From: Candidatus Binataceae bacterium
GTDB lineage: Bacteria; Desulfobacterota; Binatia; Binatales; Binataceae
NCBI GenBank assembly: GCA_035493515.1
Contig: DATJID010000026.1
Location: 173-64,172 of the forward strand
Reading direction: 5' to 3'
DNA length: 64,000 nucleotides
The number at the start of each line of letters is the position of its first letter. Within the stretch, counting starts at the first letter, position 1. A program made the translations under genes and the position numbers. The notes under the pieces are model-generated. The model saw nothing but the letters and a program-made list of their open reading frames with translations. It was not told where the DNA came from and ran no database searches. Of the stretch, positions 16,415 through 24,574 are shown one piece after another.

Positions 16415-18324
16415 TGACTGGGTCGAGGGGCGGGCCGCATGGTTTCGACCAAGCCGCGGCGCCGAAAAGCGCACGATGGCTCCAGGCGGCCGACGGCGAC
16501 GCGCCGGTATTGCTGATTGCTCCCCACGGCGGCCAGGCCGGCCCGGCCACGCGAGCGCTGCTCAATCCCAAGGTCAACGATCTCTACACCGCCGACATAA
16601 CGCACGAGTTGGCGCAGCGCCTCGGCGCAGGCGCGTTCATCAATTCCGGAATGGATCGCAACCGGCTCGACCTCAACCGTCTAAGCCAGGTGATGAGCGA
16701 GGCGCCGTGGATGCTCGAACTTATCGCCGCGCGCCTGGAGCGAATCGTCGCGCAGCACGGCCGCGCCGTGGTCTTGTTGATTCACGGATGGAACGTTATC
16801 GAGCCGCGCGTCGACGTCGGCATCGGAGTCAAATCGGCCAACGGGGCGCTGCTGCCCGCATGCGGCGCGCACGTATCCGCCAGTGATGGTTTCGTAAACG
16901 GGCCGCTGGTCGACTTTTTCGAAGTGCTCGGCCGTAGCGGTATCGAGCCCACCTTCGGCCTGCGCTATCCGGGAGCCGGTGCCAACAATCTGCTGCAGGC
17001 GTTCACTCAGCGTCATGCGTCGAGCTCGATCGGTACGCTGCGGCGTCTATCCACACTCAACGCGCGCGGCGTACTGGAGGCCGTACAACTGGAACTTTCA
17101 GTGGCGCTGCGGATGCCCGGCCGCTTCCGCACCAAAACCATCGCCGCAATCGCCGAGTCGTTCGCGCGATGCGATCTCGTGGCCGCCGCGTCGACAACCA
17201 ACGGCGCCAAGGCCACGAGCCGCATCGAGATCGTGCGCATGGCTGAGTTTCCCGCGCCGCCGCCTCCTCGAAGCGTGCCGCAAACGTCCGCCGGACCATT
17301 GCGCGTCGGACTGGAGTTTTACGATTCGTCGACGCACATCGGCGCGATGGCGAGTTTCGATCTTGGCTCGGGCGCCGCCGGCGCGCGCGTGATGGTGATG
17401 CTGGGCCGCGAGCGCATCGCGCTCTTCACGGCCGAGGGGCGCGTCGAGCGTACCGCCGAGAGCCTGACGCTGGGTCCGCTGGCTTTGCGAATTCGCGAGG
17501 GGCGCCTGCATTTCGAGTTTGCCGGACCGGCGGTGGTGGTTGATGACGGACGAGCCTATCTAAGCGTCGAACACGCCCTCGCCAAGGCTGCGCTATATGA
17601 GTCGATGGCGCTTCAGGCGGAGTTCGACACCTTGTCGGCGAAGAGCGCGCAGTCAGAATTGCAGACCGAAACGCTCATCGAATCAATAACTCGTCCGGAG
17701 GATGCCGGCCAGGGTGTCTTCGGCCGCGTCACCGGCCATTTCTCAATCACCGGAGAAAAACGTCGGATTCAGGCCGTTGCCCGAGTCGGGCGCTCGCTCA
17801 TCGGAATCGGCAGCGGCGCCTTTAAAGAGCGTCGAATGATGTGGGCCGTGCTGCCCGACGAAGCGTCGCCGCACGCCGTAGAAGCGCGCACGCTAATCGA
17901 CCATGAAGCCGTGGCGCGGGCAAGTTCGCGGGTGCTCGATCGCGGGCGATGGGGCGTCGCCAGCCTCGAGCGGCTTAAGTTCACTGCCGCCGCGCCCAGA
18001 CGCCCGCCGCAGCGAATCAGCGCCATACTGCGGCGGATCGATGACGGCCACGCGCTTGCGCCCCAAATCATGATTGACGGCAGGGTCCACAGCTTCGTGA
18101 TGCTGTCGCGGCCGGGGCCCGCGCAGAGCCGAATCTTGACCTCACTTGGTTTCGCCACATTTCGCGTCGGAAATCATAGCGGAGGTCATAGCGGAAACCT
18201 TCCCGGAGATCTTCACGGCGCCGGGATGTTCGAATACTCGCACCGTATCTCGCTTGCACCGGCTGCGGGGGTGGATCTTCCCGACGCGGTAGATCTAGCC
18301 GACGCTGATAACGGCGAAAGCTAG
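16414..18324 (+). CDS. hypothetical 636-aa protein; N-terminal ~250 aa reminiscent of N-formylglutamate-amidohydrolase-like fold
   Basis: LLIAPHGGQ, DRNRLDLNR and VVLLIHGWN resemble FGase-family blocks (weak, from memory). I do not recognise the C-terminal ~380 aa. ATG shares one base with the pcs stop (TGATG). Confidence 0.5.
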   Translation: MTGSRGGPHGFDQAAAPKSARWLQAADGDAPVLLIAPHGGQAGPATRALLNPKVNDLYTADITHELAQRLGAGAFINSGMDRNRLDLNRLSQVMSEAPWMLELIAARLERIVAQHGRAVVLLIHGWNVIEPRVDVGIGVKSANGALLPACGAHVSASDGFVNGPLVDFFEVLGRSGIEPTFGLRYPGAGANNLLQAFTQRHASSSIGTLRRLSTLNARGVLEAVQLELSVALRMPGRFRTKTIAAIAESFARCDLVAAASTTNGAKATSRIEIVRMAEFPAPPPPRSVPQTSAGPLRVGLEFYDSSTHIGAMASFDLGSGAAGARVMVMLGRERIALFTAEGRVERTAESLTLGPLALRIREGRLHFEFAGPAVVVDDGRAYLSVEHALAKAALYESMALQAEFDTLSAKSAQSELQTETLIESITRPEDAGQGVFGRVTGHFSITGEKRRIQAVARVGRSLIGIGSGAFKERRMMWAVLPDEASPHAVEARTLIDHEAVARASSRVLDRGRWGVASLERLKFTAAAPRRPPQRISAILRRIDDGHALAPQIMIDGRVHSFVMLSRPGPAQSRILTSLGFATFRVGNHSGGHSGNLPGDLHGAGMFEYSHRISLAPAAGVDLPDAVDLADADNGES

Positions 18325-18329
18325 CGGCC

Positions 18330-19289
18330 TCAGGCGGGCTCTTCGGTAACGAGCGGCGGCGGTGAAGGTGCCGCCGCGGCGACGGCGGTGCGCCGTGTGA
18401 TCTCCTGTTCCAGTGTGGTGGCAATCGCCGCGAACTGCTTGGTCAGCGGCGCTTCGGGATATTCCCGCAGGAATAGCGCGCCGCGTTCGGCGCAATCCGC
18501 CAGCCGCGGATCGAATGGAAGCCGTCCGAGAATCGGCGCCCCGACCGTTTGCGCCAGGCCCGGGAAGTTGCCTTGCGGAAAGAGCGGCCGTACGGTGTGG
18601 CAACTGTCGCAGTTGAAGCCGAGCATGTTTTCGATAAGCCCGAGCACCGCGATCTTGTCGTGTGCGATGATCTTGAGCGCGTCGTGAGTCGCACGCACGC
18701 AGGCTTCGGATGGGCGCGTAACCATTACAATGCCGGTGAGTTCGATCACTTCGGCCAAGCAATGCAACGACGAGAGGCCCGAGGCAAGGTCGATAAGCAT
18801 CAGATCGAGCGGCCCGAAGCGCGCTTCGATCAGGCGGCGCAGCGCGCCACGATGGTCGATCTCGAGCGAGCCGGCGCCGTTTTGCGCTACTGCCGGCGCC
18901 GGCGTCTCATCGCCCTCGACGAAACTGAACGCCGCCGGCTCGCCGTCGGCCAACTGGCTCGAGGCAACCACGCGGATTCCCAGCGGACCCGAAGCGGGAT
19001 CGATCTCCTCGCCGGGCGCGAACCGCCGAAGCGGCTTCAGCCCGAGCATCCCCAGCAGACAGGGCGAGTTCAGGTCGGCATCGACAATCGCCACCTTGCG
19101 CCCGGCCAGCGCCAGCGCGGCCGCGACATTGACGCAGATTCCGCTCTTGCCGACCCCGCCCCTGGCGCTGGCAAAAGCGACAACCGCACGCACGCCGGGC
19201 GGCTTTAGGATTGCCGCCGCTCCATTGTCTGTCGTAATGCCGGCGGGCGCCCTGTCAGAGGACGCCTCGCGAAAGATTCTTGTCCTCAA
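18330..19289 (-). CDS. mrp: Mrp/NBP35/ApbC-family P-loop ATPase (Fe-S cluster carrier-like)
   Basis: VVAFASARGGVGKSGICVNVAAALALAGRKVAIVDADLNSP plus a CDSC pair and LGRLPFDPRL in the C-terminal half. Confidence 0.8.
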   Translation of the reverse strand: MRTRIFREASSDRAPAGITTDNGAAAILKPPGVRAVVAFASARGGVGKSGICVNVAAALALAGRKVAIVDADLNSPCLLGMLGLKPLRRFAPGEEIDPASGPLGIRVVASSQLADGEPAAFSFVEGDETPAPAVAQNGAGSLEIDHRGALRRLIEARFGPLDLMLIDLASGLSSLHCLAEVIELTGIVMVTRPSEACVRATHDALKIIAHDKIAVLGLIENMLGFNCDSCHTVRPLFPQGNFPGLAQTVGAPILGRLPFDPRLADCAERGALFLREYPEAPLTKQFAAIATTLEQEITRRTAVAAAAPSPPPLVTEEPA

Positions 19290-19575
19290 TTATACCTTCC
19301 CAGGTAGATACCGGCCGGGCCTACATTCTGCCCGGCACACACATCCCGCCAAGCGGCACGCTGAAGGATCGCACACTCCCGTGCCAACCATCCGGCCCGT
19401 GCCCCTACAGAACTAGAATGCCCGTCGATCGAGCGGGGGTAAAGATGCTTTGCCAAGGCTCATCTATCGATGCGCGTTTTGGCTCATTGCGGTTCCACCC
19501 GCCAGGCATAGTCAACGTCAGGCCTGCCTGCAGGCCTTCGTAGTTTTGTGTTACCTGCGTGACGCGATCGGGGTT

Positions 19576-20028
19576 CTAGGGAGTCTCTTCGTCCGCGTCG
19601 GTCGACCCGAGCTTGCGATAGGTGTTGCGCTCGTCGTCGAAGCGGCGCTGCGACTTGGCCTCTTTTTCCTGATCCTGCTGACAGTCGCGGCATAACCGCG
19701 TAAACGGCAGCGCCAGCAGGCGCTCCTCTGCGATCTCGAGTCCGCACGACTCGCAAACGCCGTAAGAGCCGTCGTCGAGCCGGCCGAGCGCGTCGTCGAC
19801 CTGCTTGATTTTCACCCGCTCGCGATCCGACAGGATGAAATTGATTTCCCGGTCGCGCTCTTCGGAGGCCAGGTCATAGGTATCCATGCCCTCGTCCTTG
19901 TTGGCCTCGCGCCCGGCGCGCAATTCGGAATCCAGTTCGCTGAGCAGCTTGGTCTTCATCTCTCCCAGTTGCTCGCGCATCTTCGCCAGAAACTTTTTCC
20001 TGTTCGTGGCTGCTGCTTTTTTCGGCAT
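19576..20028 (-). CDS. dksA: RNA polymerase-binding transcription factor DksA
   Basis: 150 aa, coiled-coil tip DTYDLA (DxxDxA) and C4 zinc finger CESCG...CRDCQ. Confidence 0.88.
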   Translation of the reverse strand: MPKKAAATNRKKFLAKMREQLGEMKTKLLSELDSELRAGREANKDEGMDTYDLASEERDREINFILSDRERVKIKQVDDALGRLDDGSYGVCESCGLEIAEERLLALPFTRLCRDCQQDQEKEAKSQRRFDDERNTYRKLGSTDADEETP

Positions 20029-20041
20029 CGTTAGCCGCCCC

Positions 20042-21388
20042 TTATAATTGCGCCACCGCGCCTATGATCCGTCCGTGAAGGTCGTAGGTCGTCGCACGCT
20101 CGATACGCGCGCGGACGATCTCGCCCGGCTCGGCTTCGCCGCTGAGCAGGACCATACCGTCGATTTCGGGCGCCTGGGCTGAGGTCCGCGCGCGTAACCG
20201 CGTCGCGCGCCCCGGTGCCGCCCCTTCGACCATGACTTCAATTTCGCGGCCTACCAGGCCGCGGTTCTTTTCCAGAGAAATTTGCGCCGCCACCTCCATC
20301 AGTTCTGCCCGCCGGCGCCGCTTGACGCCTTCGGCAACCTGGTCCGCCAAACCGTGGGCCGCGGTATTTTCCTCGCGCGAATAAGTGAAGACTCCGACCC
20401 GGTCGAATTTCTGCTCGCGCACGAAATCGACCAGGGCTGCGAATGCCGCGTCGGTCTCGCCCGGGAATCCAACGATAAACGAGGTGCGCAGCGCCACGCC
20501 CGGGATCGCGGCGCGGACCCGCTCCAGCAGGCGGCGCAGCGCGTCAGCGGAGCGTTCGCGCTTCATCGCGCGCAGCATCGCGTCGTCGGCGTGCTGGAGC
20601 GGCATATCTATATAGTTAACCACCTTTTCGAGACTCGCGATCGCCGCGAGCAACTCATCGGTGACGAAATTCGGATAACAGTAGAGCAGCCGGATCCATC
20701 GGATACCGTCGATCGGCGCGAGGCGGCGGAGCAGCCCTGCCAGTGACGCGCGCGGCCTCAAGTCGCGGCCGTAAGCGGTAAGGTCTTGCGCGATCAGATT
20801 GATCTCGCGCACCCCGCTCGCCGCCAGCCGCTCGGACTCCTGCACCACGTCGTCGAGTGGGCGGCTCTCGTGGCGACCGCGAATGCGGGGAATGATACAG
20901 AAGGCGCATCGATGGTCGCAGCCCTCCGAAACTTTCAGGTAGGCGCTGAACGGGTCGCCGGTCCTGATTCGTGGCGCCTCGGCCGAGGGCAGCAGATGGG
21001 CGGCGCCGGTGTAAGGAATCGGCCGCAACTCGGGCCGTTCGCTGCGGCGCAGGAGTTCGGGAAGGTCGAGAAAATTGCCGGTGCCGACGAAGATGTCGAC
21101 CTCGGGGAACTGTTCGCGCAGCTCGCTCCCGTAGCGCTGCGAGAGGCATCCTGCCACTACCAGCCGCTTGCCCGCTCCATTCTTCTTGACCTCGGCGGCC
21201 CCGAGAATGGCGTCGATCGATTCCTTCTTGGCCGGCTCGATAAACGCGCACGTGTTGACCAGCAGCACCTGCGCCTGCTGCGGGTCCATCGTGACTTCGA
21301 ATCCCGCGCGCACGAGCGCCCCCAACATCAGCTCGCTATCGGCTGTGTTTTTGGGACATCCCAGGCTGATCAGGTGAACGCTTTCCAT
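20042..21388 (-). CDS. rimO: ribosomal protein S12 methylthiotransferase
   Basis: 448 aa. N-terminus LISLGCPKNTADSE, radical-SAM CDHRCAFC, C-terminal TRAM-like domain. Confidence 0.9.
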   Translation of the reverse strand: MESVHLISLGCPKNTADSELMLGALVRAGFEVTMDPQQAQVLLVNTCAFIEPAKKESIDAILGAAEVKKNGAGKRLVVAGCLSQRYGSELREQFPEVDIFVGTGNFLDLPELLRRSERPELRPIPYTGAAHLLPSAEAPRIRTGDPFSAYLKVSEGCDHRCAFCIIPRIRGRHESRPLDDVVQESERLAASGVREINLIAQDLTAYGRDLRPRASLAGLLRRLAPIDGIRWIRLLYCYPNFVTDELLAAIASLEKVVNYIDMPLQHADDAMLRAMKRERSADALRRLLERVRAAIPGVALRTSFIVGFPGETDAAFAALVDFVREQKFDRVGVFTYSREENTAAHGLADQVAEGVKRRRRAELMEVAAQISLEKNRGLVGREIEVMVEGAAPGRATRLRARTSAQAPEIDGMVLLSGEAEPGEIVRARIERATTYDLHGRIIGAVAQL

Positions 21389-21466
21389 ACTGGATAAAAA
21401 TAGGGCTTATATGCATACTCTCCCCCGGCAACCGGCGCAATCGGGGTCCCGCGCAAGCACAGGGTT

Positions 21467-22246
21467 TCAGTTCTTTTGGGGACGAACGACGTCCGCGCCT
21501 TCGGGGACTGTGAACGCGAACAACGAGTCATCAAGTGCTACGTTGGTCCGAATATCGCTGAACCTTAGCTCGGTAACTCCGCCGATCTGGTTTGTCAGCT
21601 TAAACTTAACAATGTCGTAACTCTTCGGGTCGAGTCCCAGTTCCATCGTGTCGCCGCCGCTTTTGGGCACCAGAATCACATAAATCAATCCGTCGATGGA
21701 CGATTCAGGCGGCAATGACACCTTGAAATCGCGGCGAATATTGCCCAAGCCGAGCAAGAAAGCGGTGGCGCTGCTCTTTAGCGCCTTGCTCACCGGCAAC
21801 TCGACCACCTGGTTGAGGTCCTTTTCGTAGTCGTAGACGGTCGTGCCGTCGCTCACGACGGTTCCTTCAGACGGCGCGGCAAACTCCCAGCGCATCCGTC
21901 CCACCTTTCTGAAATAGACGGTTCCCTTGCGAGTCCGCGCCATGCCGCCGGGGCTGCTCAGCTGCTCGTCAAAATTAGCCTGCAGCGAGCGCGAGCAATC
22001 GTAACGCTGCTGCAAACGCGTAAGCGTCGTCTCCAGGCTGGGCGCCGAATCAGCGGCAGTGCTCGCCGGAATCGGTTTGCAGTGAGCAGCGGCCGTCACA
22101 ACCGAACCAACTGACACGGCGGCGACGATAGCGGCCGCCGCCGCGGACAGCGCGAAGCGCAAAACCTTGTGCGGGCGGCGACCCGACCGTTGCAGTCTTT
22201 GCATTATGGGCATCTGACTCCAGTCTATAGGACGCAGCCGCGCCAT
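21467..22246 (-). CDS. lolA: outer-membrane lipoprotein carrier LolA-family protein
   Basis: Signal sequence, then LQQRYD...LQANFDEQL...GTVYFRKVGRMRWEF...VVSDGTTVYDYEKDLNQV, typical LolA. The start may be an internal Met (22213 or 22204). Confidence 0.8.
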   Translation of the reverse strand: MARLRPIDWSQMPIMQRLQRSGRRPHKVLRFALSAAAAAIVAAVSVGSVVTAAAHCKPIPASTAADSAPSLETTLTRLQQRYDCSRSLQANFDEQLSSPGGMARTRKGTVYFRKVGRMRWEFAAPSEGTVVSDGTTVYDYEKDLNQVVELPVSKALKSSATAFLLGLGNIRRDFKVSLPPESSIDGLIYVILVPKSGGDTMELGLDPKSYDIVKFKLTNQIGGVTELRFSDIRTNVALDDSLFAFTVPEGADVVRPQKN

Positions 22247-22292
22247 CGAAGTTTCGTTGGGGCGATCGCGAAACTGTTATTGAATTTGCGGG

Positions 22293-24461
22293 CTAGTTGG
22301 CGTTACGCGATCGGACTTCGCGCGGGCGCATCCCGTCGCCCGGCGTCACCAGCCCCTCGCGTTCCATCTGCTCGACCATCCGGGCCGCCCGATTGTAGCC
22401 GATTCGCAGGCGCCGCTGGATCATCGAGACCGACGCCTGGTTGGTTTCGAGCACGATTCGCACCGCCTCGTCGTAGAGGTCGTCATGCTCGCCGCCGCCA
22501 CCGTCCAGGCCGTCCTCCGACGGCGCCTTGGTCTCCAGAATTTCCATCTGGTAGTCCGGAGCGCCTTGGGCGCGGAGAAAATCGACCACCCGGCGAATCT
22601 CGGTCTCCGAAACGAACGGTCCGTGCAGGCGGCGCAATTTCGCGCTGCCCGGCGGCATGAACAGCATGTCGCCCGCGCCGAGCAGTCGTTCGGCGCCGAT
22701 CGAATCGAGGATGGTGCGCGAGTCCACGCGCGAGGTCACCTGCAGCGAAATGCGGGCGGGCAGATTCGCCTTGATCAGCCCCGTCAGAACATCGACCGAC
22801 GGGCGCTGCGTGGCGAGAATCAAATGAATTCCCGACGCGCGCGCCTTTTGCGCAAGCCGCGTGATGTCGCGTTCGACGGTCTTGCCCTCGCTCAGCAGCA
22901 GGTCGGCCAATTCGTCGATGACGATAACTATCTTGGGCAGCCGGCGATGCTTAATCGGCTCGCCGTCATCCGTTCTGGCTCGGCCCGCCCCTTCCTCGAT
23001 CAGGTTTACCGGCTTGAGCTCGACCACCTTGCCAGCCGCGCCCAGGGCGCGGTTGTAGCCGTCGATATTGCGCACGCCCATCTCGCGCATCATCCGGTAG
23101 CGCGTCTCCATCTCCTGCGTAGCCCACAAAAGCGCCGCCGCAGCCTTCTCCGGGTCGACCACCACCGGAACCAGCAGATGCGGGATGTTCTCGTAGACCG
23201 ACAGCTCGAGCATTTTGGGATCGATCAGGATGAAACGCACGTCGTCGGCGGTCGCGTTGAAGAGAATCGATCCGATCATCGTATGGATCGACACCGACTT
23301 CCCGGTGCCGGTCGCGCCCGCGATCAGCAGATGCGGCATCAGGGCAAGGTCGGCCGCCATCGGACGTCCCGAGATATCCTTGCCGAGCGCAATCGTGAGC
23401 TGGCTGCGGGCGGCCGCAAACTCCTCGGCCTCCATGATCTCGCGCAGATAGACCTTCTCGCGCTTGCGGTTGGGCACTTCGATTCCGACCACCGCTTCGC
23501 CCGGCACCGGGGCCTGGATTCGCACGGTCGCCGCCCGCAACGCCATCGAGAGATCGTCGGCCAGGTTGACGATCTGGCTGACTTTGATTCCCGAGCCCGG
23601 CTCGAACTTGTACATCGTGACCACCGGCCCCGGCTGGACCTCGACCACGCGTCCCTCGACTCCAAAGTCGGCGAGCTTCTGCTCCAATACGCGGGCACTG
23701 CGCTCGAGCGCGCTCTCGTCAACCTGCGCATGCTCGGCGGGCGGCATGTCGAGCAGCGAAAGCGCCGGCAATTCGTAGCCGCCTTTGGCGCGGCCGGGGC
23801 GCATCGATTTATTGTCGCGCGTGCGCAGCTCGGTGGGCTCGAGACGGCGGACCTTGAGTGGACGAACATCGGCGCCGGTTTGCGCATTCGATTGCGCGCT
23901 CGCCGTCCCGCTCGCGGCGGCTCTGGCGGAAATGTCGGCATCGCCAGCCGACCAATCACCATCGTCGTCGATAGGCAGGCTTCGCGGTTCGCGCCGCCTC
24001 CAGCGTACGCTGGAGGCGAGCCCCGCCATCAACTCGGTCGGCGAGCGCCGCAGCATCATCACCAGCGCCGCGATAACCGCTAGCATGACGCAGAGATAGC
24101 CGCCGCCCAGGTTTAGGTAACTGCCGAGCGTGGCCGCGAGCGCGCCGCCAATCGCGCCGCCCGCTTCTCCACCCGCCGATTGCGCGCCACCGGCAAACAG
24201 TCCTGCGCCGGTGCTGAGCGCGACCAGCAGAACCGCGCCGCCTAAGCTCTCGCGCACCAGCGTGCGCCCCGGAGCACCGCTCCACACTCTTACCGCGAGC
24301 ACAGCCACCATGATCGCCAGCAGGTAAGCCTGGACCCCGAAAAGATCGTCCGCGATCGCGGCGGCCGCGCCGCCCAGGATGCCGCACAGGTTGGGATTCT
24401 GGCCGGCCGCGGCCGAGACCAGGCTCAACACCCCGAAGACGGCCAGTGCGAGTAGCGCCAA
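22293..24461 (-). CDS. ftsK: DNA translocase FtsK
   Basis: N-terminal TM helices, Pro/Ala linker, motor domain with LIAGATGTGKS Walker A and VIVIDELADL, C-terminal gamma winged helix (SVSMIQRRLRIGYNRAARMVEQME). The N-terminus is possibly longer (see findings). Confidence 0.93.
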   Translation of the reverse strand: MALLALAVFGVLSLVSAAAGQNPNLCGILGGAAAAIADDLFGVQAYLLAIMVAVLAVRVWSGAPGRTLVRESLGGAVLLVALSTGAGLFAGGAQSAGGEAGGAIGGALAATLGSYLNLGGGYLCVMLAVIAALVMMLRRSPTELMAGLASSVRWRRREPRSLPIDDDGDWSAGDADISARAAASGTASAQSNAQTGADVRPLKVRRLEPTELRTRDNKSMRPGRAKGGYELPALSLLDMPPAEHAQVDESALERSARVLEQKLADFGVEGRVVEVQPGPVVTMYKFEPGSGIKVSQIVNLADDLSMALRAATVRIQAPVPGEAVVGIEVPNRKREKVYLREIMEAEEFAAARSQLTIALGKDISGRPMAADLALMPHLLIAGATGTGKSVSIHTMIGSILFNATADDVRFILIDPKMLELSVYENIPHLLVPVVVDPEKAAAALLWATQEMETRYRMMREMGVRNIDGYNRALGAAGKVVELKPVNLIEEGAGRARTDDGEPIKHRRLPKIVIVIDELADLLLSEGKTVERDITRLAQKARASGIHLILATQRPSVDVLTGLIKANLPARISLQVTSRVDSRTILDSIGAERLLGAGDMLFMPPGSAKLRRLHGPFVSETEIRRVVDFLRAQGAPDYQMEILETKAPSEDGLDGGGGEHDDLYDEAVRIVLETNQASVSMIQRRLRIGYNRAARMVEQMEREGLVTPGDGMRPREVRSRNAN

Positions 24462-24574
24462 TGCCGTCAGTTCGCGCGCGACGCGGTTTTGAGCCGGCGC
24501 TACGGGCGGAATTTCGACCGCCGCGGCCGCCGGTTCGAGCTCGATCGGCGCTTTGGGCTGACGTGCGATGGCGC

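Noticed and set aside
18322-18332. Convergent stop codons of the 636-aa gene and mrp only 5 nt apart
   Set aside because: It is real in the sequence, but tight convergent packing is common in compact genomes. No hairpin fits in the gap, so I draw no functional conclusion.
19518-19535. Palindrome aggcctg-cctg-caggcct followed by a T-rich stretch, as a terminator or small RNA between dksA and mrp
   Set aside because: There is no upstream plus-strand transcription unit to terminate. On the minus strand (downstream of dksA) it lacks a U tract. The stem is only 7 bp.
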